Below, piece by piece: positions 35,919 to 43,925 of a stretch of 55,970 nt of DNA (position 1 is the stretch's first letter; each line of letters starts with the position of its first letter). Source of the DNA: a bacterium (GTDB taxonomy: Bacteria > Patescibacteriota > Minisyncoccia > UBA6257 > 2-01-FULL-56-20). Made by a program: the position numbers and the translations under genes. The notes below the pieces were generated by a model. It was not told the DNA's origin, did not search any database, and saw only the letters and a program-made list of their open reading frames with translations. The stretch covers positions 1 through 55,970 of the forward strand of contig JAJYDL010000001.1 in assembly GCA_021777495.1 (NCBI GenBank), given 5' to 3'.

Positions 35919-37400
35919 TTATTTTTTGGCGCCCCCCGAGAAGTTTCCGAGCCATCCGAACGTTCCCTGGAAGTTCTGCAGGATGATGTCCACGATGCTT
36001 TTCTGCTGCTGCGGCGTGAGGAGCACGTAATCCTCCGAGCTTGTCGTATTCCCGTCCACGTCGGTACAGGTAACCCAATATTTATAGACCGTCGCGGGAG
36101 AGAATGTCGTGACGACCTCCACGTGCTTCGTGACGGGGACCGTCTCCGCCGTCGTCGTCACGACATCCGCGCCGGCCCCGCTCGAATACGAAAGGAAGCA
36201 CGTCGCGGGCTCGTCGGTCGCCCACGAGATGACCGTCTGCACGGTGGTATCCTGTCCGGGGTAGAGCGTGGAATCGTTGCTCACCTGCGAGATCACCGGA
36301 GGATAGAGGTTCTTCGTCGTCACAAAATAAACGGGGTCGCTCTTCACCGTATCCCCCGCCTGGTTCTGGGCGACAATGACGGCCGAATAGCGCGTCTGAT
36401 AGACGAGCCCCGAGATCTGGAGAATGTGCGTCGTGAGGTACGATGGGTCGCCGATCGAAAGCGATTTATTGGTCGCCATGTCGGTGTACACGATCTCCCC
36501 CGCCGACGGCATGGGCGTGCCCCAGCTTATCGTGACATCATGCTCGCCGACCGTCACCACGTGAGGATTGATGATCTGCGGCAGAACGGATTTCGTCGTG
36601 AAGGTGAGATCCGGGCTTTCTCCCGGCGCGCCGATCCCTCCCGCGCGCGAGGACACCATGTAGTGATATTCCGTGGAAGGCGAAAGTCCATAGATCGTCA
36701 CCGTGTGCGTCTTCCCCTGCCCGTTCTGGTCCGTTTCCTGCCGCGGATAAGGGTTCGCGCTCGAAGGGTTGTACTCCGCGGCAGAAGCAATGAACACGGT
36801 GCCATCCGCGCTCTGGTCGGTGTTCCAGGTCACCGTCACGTTGTCCGTGCCGATCGTGAGCTGGGGCACGCCCAGAATGTTCGGCGGCCCGATGTTCGCT
36901 TTGGCCTGCTGGTTCAGCGCCCCCGCAATCGCCTCGAGTGCCTGGGTGCTCGTGATCTGCTGGATGATCGAGAGCGCCTTTGCCGAAAGCTGCTGCTGCT
37001 GCGGATTCGTGATGCTCGAGAGGGTCGAAAGATCGACGGTGCTCGAGGTCGTGAATGTATAATCGCCGGAGACGTGCTGGTTGCCGTTCGCGTCGGTGGA
37101 ACGGATGCGGAAATAGTACGTCGTCCCCGGATCGAGGTTCGGAATGACGACCGAGTGCTGGGTGCCGAGGGGCCCCTGATTTCTTATACCGCAGTAGTTC
37201 GTGTCCTGGCTGAAATTCACGAAACTGTCGGTGTTGGAGTCCGTGGTCCACGTGACCGTAGTCGAGGTCGCAGTCACGCCCGCAACGGCCACGTTCGAGA
37301 TGTTCGGCGACGTGTCCGCGAGCGCCCGCACGACGACCGCCGCGGACACAGCCGCGGCGCCCGCAAGGACCCCTATGGCGAACAGCGAGCGCGCGTTCAT
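35919..37400 (-). CDS. secreted protein with four FN3-like repeats
   Basis: Four repeats of the type TVTWTTD...Y.FRI.S.D..GN....DYTFTT. ATG 37400 (MNARSLF) lies 6 nt downstream of TGgTATCAT; the track start is 37418. Confidence 0.85.
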   Translation of the reverse strand: MNARSLFAIGVLAGAAAVSAAVVVRALADTSPNISNVAVAGVTATSTTVTWTTDSNTDSFVNFSQDTNYCGIRNQGPLGTQHSVVIPNLDPGTTYYFRIRSTDANGNQHVSGDYTFTTSSTVDLSTLSSITNPQQQQLSAKALSIIQQITSTQALEAIAGALNQQAKANIGPPNILGVPQLTIGTDNVTVTWNTDQSADGTVFIASAAEYNPSSANPYPRQETDQNGQGKTHTVTIYGLSPSTEYHYMVSSRAGGIGAPGESPDLTFTTKSVLPQIINPHVVTVGEHDVTISWGTPMPSAGEIVYTDMATNKSLSIGDPSYLTTHILQISGLVYQTRYSAVIVAQNQAGDTVKSDPVYFVTTKNLYPPVISQVSNDSTLYPGQDTTVQTVISWATDEPATCFLSYSSGAGADVVTTTAETVPVTKHVEVVTTFSPATVYKYWVTCTDVDGNTTSSEDYVLLTPQQQKSIVDIILQNFQGTFGWLGNFSGGAKK

Positions 37401-37461
37401 GTTGTTATGATACCACACGCCGCGGCGGCGTTCCGCGCCGCACCCATCCCTCCTTCGCTCT

Positions 37462-39519
37462 TTACGGCCACGGCAACGGGAGCTTCACGCCGACAAACGA
37501 ATTCATTCCCGTATATGTGGTCGCCATCTGTCCCGCGGGGATCGCGATGCCCCAATAGAACGTGGAGCTTTCCACCGTGGTCGTGGATACGGGCTTCGGA
37601 AGATCGATCGCCACCGTCGATCCCGGGTTCGGGAGCAGCGCCGTCCCCGACGCATAGGATATCGCGGAGGTCGCGAAATGCTGCTGTCCCACGGGAATGC
37701 TGAACGAGCTGTTCACCATGTTTGTGCCATAAAGATCCACGTTCATCGCAACGTTCCCCATCGACTGGATCACCGCCGTAGGGCCGAGGCTTGCGGTACT
37801 CGAGCCCTGCGTCAGATTGCCGTAATTTATCGTCGAGGTCGTTTCGAACGCGAGAAGCGAAAGCAGCGGCACGCCCGTCGAAGAGGCCGTGCCCGTGGCG
37901 CCCGCGGAGTCCACGGCGAGCATCGAGGCCGACCAGGAATCCCCCGCCCATGGCGTCGATGCGTCCGTCGGCTGGGCGAAATACCAGACGTGGAAACTGC
38001 AGGTTACGTTGCAGGATGTTCCCGCACAGCCGCTGAACGAACAGTCGCTCGGCGCACCTTGATAGCAATCGTTCGGATCGGGTGTGCATGCCGGCCCGAG
38101 GCTCGTGCGATAGAGCGTGCTCGTCACCGTCTGGATGTCGGTAAACCCGTTACCGTCGCTCACCGTTGCCGTGGCCGTGATGAGCGTCGTCGTCCCCTCG
38201 ATAAGGGCGATGCTCTGCCCCCCATTCAGGCTGACGGGGCCTATCGTCGGAGGAACATTTCCGATGGTGACTTCCGGATATGCGGCATAGGACGCAAACG
38301 GCGTACCGTTTGATTCCACGGCCCGGAAGCAGAACGTGGATCCTCCGGGCGCGCTGTTGTCGATGAGCGCGAAGTCCCACTTCCCGTCCTCTCCCGGAAG
38401 GATCGCGCCCTGCGAGTTCGTGAAGGTGTTCGCCTCCACATAGGTCTGATTCACGATGGTGTTTGTTCCGTCGACGGGATCGGTCGACGTAGGTACGAGC
38501 GGATCCCCGTTCGCGGGGGTCGGGTTGTTATAGAACTCGATATACCCCGTCGAGGTCGCCACATCGGCGTACGCCCCCGTCGGTGCCGCGCATGTTCCCG
38601 TTCCCATGTCGGCCATCTGCAATTTAAATGAGCGATTTCCCGCGGCGAGCTGGTTCGTCGCCACATTGACGAGCATGCGGAGGCGGAAAGGCGCCGTAAG
38701 CGATGCGAGCACCGTCGACGCGTTCTGCAATGCGAGCGGAGGCCCCACGCTCGCGCTGTCCGTATTCGAAAACCATCGGAATGCGTTCTGGCTGAACGTG
38801 ATCTGCGCTTTGAAGCTCACGATCTGCCCTATCCATGCACCGGACGCCGCCGCGGTGCCGACGGTCGAATAGGTCCCCGTTGCGTTCACCACCCGGTCCG
38901 CGCCGCTGTAGGTTGCGCGCGAACCGTGACTGCCGTTCGCGTTCGAAAAATCGTTTTCTTTGGTAAAGGAGTTGCTCCACGAAGAAAATGTTGTTTGCGC
39001 AATGATCGTGGTGGCCGCGAAAAGCAGTTCGTCCGGCTGGACCGTCGTGATTGCCGCTCCGTTCGTCGCCGTACCCGTACCCGCTGTCGATGTCGCTTGA
39101 TCAAGGGGGTTTACTGCCGATAATCCGCTGTATTCATAAATATGGAGGCCCAACTGCAGCGAAGATGCCGTAGTCACGGTAACCGCGGTAGGCTCGCCGG
39201 TTCCCGCCACCTTATAAAATATCGCCTGGCTCGGAGTTCCTGCGACGTTGAGCGCCACCGACCATCCGGACGGCACATTGATCCCGGTATTTCCGCCTGC
39301 GCCAAGTACGGCAATGAGGAGGTCGCCCGCGGTAGGCGTCGTCCCGAATGTCGCGGTCACGGTGTTCGCGCCGCCTCCCGCGCTCGTATTGCTCGCCGTC
39401 TGGATGAGCGTCGTCGTGGCGCGCGCGAAGGGCCACAGTACGAACACGCGGCTCACCGCGAGCCATGCGAGGAGCAGGCCGGCAAGGACTATGCCGAAAG
39501 AATAGATGCGGCGCATCAT
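37462..39519 (-). CDS. large secreted surface protein, one adhesin-type module plus C-terminal tail type II (..YTGMNSFVGVKLPLPWP)
   Basis: 685 aa with a signal anchor. Module motifs are FRWFSNTDS, FRLRM, FKLQM, FCFRAV and YAAYPEV. The C-terminus is homologous to that of 31425-33293. Confidence 0.85.
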   Translation of the reverse strand: MMRRIYSFGIVLAGLLLAWLAVSRVFVLWPFARATTTLIQTASNTSAGGGANTVTATFGTTPTAGDLLIAVLGAGGNTGINVPSGWSVALNVAGTPSQAIFYKVAGTGEPTAVTVTTASSLQLGLHIYEYSGLSAVNPLDQATSTAGTGTATNGAAITTVQPDELLFAATTIIAQTTFSSWSNSFTKENDFSNANGSHGSRATYSGADRVVNATGTYSTVGTAAASGAWIGQIVSFKAQITFSQNAFRWFSNTDSASVGPPLALQNASTVLASLTAPFRLRMLVNVATNQLAAGNRSFKLQMADMGTGTCAAPTGAYADVATSTGYIEFYNNPTPANGDPLVPTSTDPVDGTNTIVNQTYVEANTFTNSQGAILPGEDGKWDFALIDNSAPGGSTFCFRAVESNGTPFASYAAYPEVTIGNVPPTIGPVSLNGGQSIALIEGTTTLITATATVSDGNGFTDIQTVTSTLYRTSLGPACTPDPNDCYQGAPSDCSFSGCAGTSCNVTCSFHVWYFAQPTDASTPWAGDSWSASMLAVDSAGATGTASSTGVPLLSLLAFETTSTINYGNLTQGSSTASLGPTAVIQSMGNVAMNVDLYGTNMVNSSFSIPVGQQHFATSAISYASGTALLPNPGSTVAIDLPKPVSTTTVESSTFYWGIAIPAGQMATTYTGMNSFVGVKLPLPWP

Positions 39520-39562
39520 GGTGTCATTTTACCACGCTTGCGCACGCGCCCGTCCCCTCTTC

Positions 39563-41491
39563 CTATTTCACCACAAGATTGAACTGGCAGAAATTGGGAA
39601 GGATTTTTCCGTCGGCTTGCCGCTCTTTATATATGACGATCACCCCGTAGGAACCCGGCACCGTCGAGGGTGCCACGGTAAGACCGATCGTATCGATCCC
39701 GGGAGGTCCTCCCGGAACGATGGTTCCGGTCACGCCCGCGGGCAACGATCCGAGGGCCGTTTCGTAAAGCGGCGCGGTTATGGGCGCCGGGGGAGGAGGA
39801 GGCGCCGGGGGAGGATACGCCCTCCCCGAAGAGGCCGCCGATGAGCTTGGCAGAACTTCCGGCGGCGCCTGCACCACCATGGAAAGGACATACGATGCGC
39901 TTCCGCCGGGATATGCCGCGTTCGAGAACGGGGTAACCGAGCACTTCTGCTGCGCCGAGGGATCGAACACGCTCTGAAGCGCGTCCGCGGGCGCCGACGA
40001 GGATACGGAGGCGGACGACGAGCTTTGCGCGAACACCGTGCTTGTCGCGGCAGTCTGGGCGGTGTTCGGATCTATCGTCCCATTCGGCGCATCGGCGTAA
40101 TCCACCTCGACCCCCAAAGCATCGAGATACACCTTCGGGGAATCCGTGGCATTCAGTCCGACGAGCGCCACCTGAAGATGTTGGAGTTCCTGCCATGAAT
40201 AGATCGGAATAGGATAGCGCGCCGTCTGCCAATTTCCCGCGTTCACATCCGCGACCGGCTGCCACGTGACGCCATCCGTCGAATACATGATGGCGAGGAA
40301 ATCTCCCGGAGCTCCCGGCGGGAGGGTGATATTCTGAAATGCCGAGGTGTTCATGGTGATCGGCGCGGGCACGGTCGTCGTCGAAGGAACTCCTTCCGTA
40401 AGCGAAGATGTGGCGACGGTGGTGGTTGCTCCGTTCGTGAATATTCCCGTTGCGGTCGCCGTCGTCGTTGCGGCGGGCATTAACGCAGGCGAACGCGATG
40501 ATGACGAAGCAATCTGCGCGGCAGGGACGGACGACGCATTCTCCGCAAACGCGATCGGGAAAATATTGAAAAGCCAGGAGGTTCCGGACGAAGATGCTGT
40601 TGCGGGGGCGGGGGCGGGAGTGGGAGTGGGCGTTGGCGCGGGGGCGCTTGTTGGAGTAGCGGTATTCGTGCCTGCGGAAGGAGCGGTCGAGACCGGAGCG
40701 GGAGCGGCGGTTTGGGACATATCGGTGCTTGCGGAAGCAGGAGCGGAAGTCGAGGAAGAAGATACCACGACCGGGGCGGGAGTCGGAGCGGACGCGGACG
40801 TCGCCGTCGTACCGCTCGTCGTGGATGCCTGGCGCGGCGACTCCGTCGACGTCGACGTCGACGACGTGGGAGCGCGCTCCATGATCGTTGCTTCCGTCGA
40901 GCTTGCGGCGAAGGAACTGCTCGTACCGGAACCCTCGGCCGTCCCCGTCGCCGCGGATGATGCCTGAGTGGAGGTCGCGGTGGAGGTCGCGATAGGAACG
41001 GCCGCCGCCGAACCTCCTCCCCCGACGGAAGGAACGGGTGCAACGGCCGCATACCAGGAAAGGACGAGCGTCGCGGACCGGAACTGCTTCGCTTCAAGAT
41101 CCGCGATGTTCGTCTGTCCCGAGAAATTGCCGCAGAACATCTGCGCACCGCCCGTCGAGAATACCGCGGAATTGAGGGGGGTGAATGCCGATGCGGGCGA
41201 ACCGGGCGGAACGCTCGGCGCGCCGAGCGCGTTCTGCACGTTGTCCCACGAGCCGAGACACGACGAAGGATAGAAGTCGGCGGTGCTTGCGAACCCTATC
41301 ATGAAAGAATACGCGAACCCGCCCGCCGCCAAAACCCCGCACATCGCAAGAAACCACGCCTTATTCCTTTTCACGAATGCGCGGATGCTCCGCGCGCTTA
41401 TCTCGAACTGGACGCGGTACGTCCGTTCGCGGAGCATCACCGTCCCGCCCCGGGAGCGTGCGCGTATATCCGTAATCTTTTTCCGCTTCAT
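39563..41491 (-). CDS. membrane-anchored mucin-like protein (S/T/A/P-rich low-complexity stalk of about 300 aa)
   Basis: N-terminal TM helix (AWFLAMCGVLAAGGFAYSFMIGF). Long run ATSTATSTQASSAATG...PTPTPTPAPAPATASSSG. ATGA overlap with the upstream gene. Confidence 0.8.
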   Translation of the reverse strand: MKRKKITDIRARSRGGTVMLRERTYRVQFEISARSIRAFVKRNKAWFLAMCGVLAAGGFAYSFMIGFASTADFYPSSCLGSWDNVQNALGAPSVPPGSPASAFTPLNSAVFSTGGAQMFCGNFSGQTNIADLEAKQFRSATLVLSWYAAVAPVPSVGGGGSAAAVPIATSTATSTQASSAATGTAEGSGTSSSFAASSTEATIMERAPTSSTSTSTESPRQASTTSGTTATSASAPTPAPVVVSSSSTSAPASASTDMSQTAAPAPVSTAPSAGTNTATPTSAPAPTPTPTPAPAPATASSSGTSWLFNIFPIAFAENASSVPAAQIASSSSRSPALMPAATTTATATGIFTNGATTTVATSSLTEGVPSTTTVPAPITMNTSAFQNITLPPGAPGDFLAIMYSTDGVTWQPVADVNAGNWQTARYPIPIYSWQELQHLQVALVGLNATDSPKVYLDALGVEVDYADAPNGTIDPNTAQTAATSTVFAQSSSSASVSSSAPADALQSVFDPSAQQKCSVTPFSNAAYPGGSASYVLSMVVQAPPEVLPSSSAASSGRAYPPPAPPPPPAPITAPLYETALGSLPAGVTGTIVPGGPPGIDTIGLTVAPSTVPGSYGVIVIYKERQADGKILPNFCQFNLVVK

Positions 41492-43317
41492 CGCTTCTCT
41501 TCCTCCCCCTCGTTCAGCGCGCGATCGACGTCGTCGATCTCCTTCGCGATGGTCGATTCGGAGATCGCAAGCGCGTTCCTCATTGCATCGAGCACGTTTT
41601 CCGGCTCGAGTTTTATCTCCCCCTGCGCCGCCGCGGCTCCCCCCTCCATATGATTGATCTGATCGTCCACCTCCTCGCGCAGCGCCTCGAACACCGCCTT
41701 CGTCTTCTGGCGCACATCTTCGTTCTCCCGCCTCGCAAGCGAGACGTGGATGTCGTTTATCTTCTTCTTATAGAAGCCGTACGTCACAAGCCCGCCGATG
41801 AGCGAAAGGAGCAGGACGATGATGATCCATCCGAACCGGTCGAGGAACGGCGCCGCAAGGATGTCCATCGGCGCCGCCGCGGTCGTGCTTGCGAACGCGC
41901 CCTGCGTCGTGACCATCGATACGACGAGCGTGTATTTCCCTCCGGGAAGGCCGCCCTCCAGCGCATAGAGCCAGTGCCCCGTCGCGTCCGCCACCATCTT
42001 CCCCTCGGACACCGTCTTTCCGGTCGAATCATCGATATCAAGCGTCACGTTCGCGCCGCTGTCCGCGACGCCTTCGATCACGATGGGAGATTGCTCGACC
42101 GCCGCCGCCGGGAAGTTCGTGATCTCCGGGCTTCCGATGCCCGATATCTGGAACTGGCCGTCGGCCTCCGTACTGTTGCCCGCCTTGTCGACCGCGAAGA
42201 TCGCGACCGTGTGCTTGCCCGGCAGGAGCGGCGGGGCGGTATAGACCCCGCTCTGCAGATCGGACAGCGCGATCGTCGTCGATGCGCCTCCGTCGAACAC
42301 CGATTCGTAATGGTCCACGCCCGAAACCGTATCCGTCGCGTTGAACGCGATCGTCGTCCTCCCGGAGATCCCGGCGCCCGGCGTGATCGTAAGCGTGAAC
42401 GGCAGCGGGGGCGTGAGGTCGATCTGCACCGGCATGGTCATGGGGTCGCTCCAATCGCCGAGCGCATCCTCGAAGCGCACGTGGAAATACCATACGCCCT
42501 CCCCGATGTTTGAATATTGCTTGCTCGAAATGAGCCCTTCCGAAGTCCTTTTCGGATATGTATTGGGATTCTTGTCGAATGCCGTGCTCACTCCCGCAAT
42601 GTCGGGCGTCAGCTTCCATGAAAATGAAGGGTTCGGGTTGCTGTACCACTTCGTGGGATCGGGATGCGTCGGCGAGGCGATCGTCACCGAGGGCGTGAAC
42701 GAAGAAGGCGTGCTCGCGGGCTGGGATGCCTGCACCGACGATCCGCCGCCTCCCTGATTCGCCGAAGAAGCGGCCTGGTTCGCGGACGAAGGCGCCGGCG
42801 GCGCGGATGCCGTGAGGGTGAACGTGGCACCCGTCGTCCCCCCGAGAGCGCTCGTCCCCTGGCCATCCGCCGCAAGCGCGTCCGCGGATGCGAACTGGAG
42901 CGCCGCGCTCCCCGTCTTGAGGACTTTGAACGTGACGTCGAACACATCGCCGGCGTCCCCGGTGTAGGCGCTGTTGCTCCCCCCGCTGAAGTTCACCGTG
43001 CCGTCCGTGTTCGAGAACGAAGGGTCGCTCACCCAGAGATTGAATACCGAATTCCCCTTCGAGACGCTTTCCGCGGCGAGCAGCGTGGGATCGAACGTGA
43101 TCTTGCCGTCGGCGGCATTCACCCCCACGCCCCCTCCGCTCGCAAGCATGACGCTCACGGTGAACGTCTGTCCGACGGCATACGAACCGCTCGCCGGCGA
43201 GATGGATAACGACGCTCCGCCCGCGGCATTCGCCTGCGGCGGCGGAACGAGGAACGCCGCCGCAAGGAACGCGGCGGCGCATATGCTACTTGCCAGCCTG
43301 ATCCCTGGGTGTTTCAT
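41488..43317 (-). CDS. cohesin-like domain plus Ig-like domains, C-terminal TM helix and a cytoplasmic coiled-coil tail
   Basis: Signal peptide MKHPGIRLASSICAAAFLAAAFLVPPPQANA. Cohesin-type region SISPASGSYAVGQTFTVSVML...VNAADGKITFDPTLLAAESV. TM helix WIIIVLLLSLIGGLVTYGFY. Confidence 0.8.
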   Translation of the reverse strand: MKHPGIRLASSICAAAFLAAAFLVPPPQANAAGGASLSISPASGSYAVGQTFTVSVMLASGGGVGVNAADGKITFDPTLLAAESVSKGNSVFNLWVSDPSFSNTDGTVNFSGGSNSAYTGDAGDVFDVTFKVLKTGSAALQFASADALAADGQGTSALGGTTGATFTLTASAPPAPSSANQAASSANQGGGGSSVQASQPASTPSSFTPSVTIASPTHPDPTKWYSNPNPSFSWKLTPDIAGVSTAFDKNPNTYPKRTSEGLISSKQYSNIGEGVWYFHVRFEDALGDWSDPMTMPVQIDLTPPLPFTLTITPGAGISGRTTIAFNATDTVSGVDHYESVFDGGASTTIALSDLQSGVYTAPPLLPGKHTVAIFAVDKAGNSTEADGQFQISGIGSPEITNFPAAAVEQSPIVIEGVADSGANVTLDIDDSTGKTVSEGKMVADATGHWLYALEGGLPGGKYTLVVSMVTTQGAFASTTAAAPMDILAAPFLDRFGWIIIVLLLSLIGGLVTYGFYKKKINDIHVSLARRENEDVRQKTKAVFEALREEVDDQINHMEGGAAAAQGEIKLEPENVLDAMRNALAISESTIAKEIDDVDRALNEGEEEKR

Positions 43318-43888
43318 CCGAAATTTCTTTAACCGAAAGCTTCTTTCCCTCTCCCGGACGTTTCGCGGGCAATACGATGCGGAGCACGCCCCGTTCAAGG
43401 GATGCGTCCGCCTCTCCGGCGTCGAACGGCGCGGGGAGATATACTTTCCGATACCACCTCTTCCACTTCGTCTCCTGTTTCACGTACCTTCCTTTTTCGT
43501 CCCGGTCGCCGTCCTTCGCTTCGGAAAGCGGAGGCGGCGCAGGGCGTTTCTGTTCCGCTTGGATCGTAAGCGTGTTCTCCTCCTCGCTCATCACGATCTC
43601 AAGACCGTCCCTTGCGACACCGGGCAGCTGCGCCACAATGACCATCCGCGCATCGGATTGAAAGAGGTCGATATCGAGAGGCTCCATCCCGTCGGGCGGG
43701 ACGTTGTCCGCCGGGTCCACCGCGATGGACACCGGAGGGGTTCCGGGGCGCTGCGATTGATCGACGCGCTCGCCGGTCGCCTTGAACGACGCCGTCCTCG
43801 AGGTCGCGGATGGCGCCGGCGCGGCGGGAACCGCATCGGGATTCACTTCGTTCAATTTGCTTTCGAGCTTCTGGTAGAACGAGAGCAT
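43286..43888 (-). CDS. Hsp20/alpha-crystallin family protein with a Pro/Ala-rich N-terminal extension
   Basis: ACD pattern DLFQSDARMVIVAQLPGVARDGLEIVMSEEENTLTIQAE ... YRKVYLPAPFDAGEADASLERGVLRIVLPA. Confidence 0.85.
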   Translation of the reverse strand: MLSFYQKLESKLNEVNPDAVPAAPAPSATSRTASFKATGERVDQSQRPGTPPVSIAVDPADNVPPDGMEPLDIDLFQSDARMVIVAQLPGVARDGLEIVMSEEENTLTIQAEQKRPAPPPLSEAKDGDRDEKGRYVKQETKWKRWYRKVYLPAPFDAGEADASLERGVLRIVLPAKRPGEGKKLSVKEISDETPRDQAGK

Positions 43889-43925
43889 ATTATATCTAAG
43901 TATAGCACACCCTCCCGCCGCTTTT

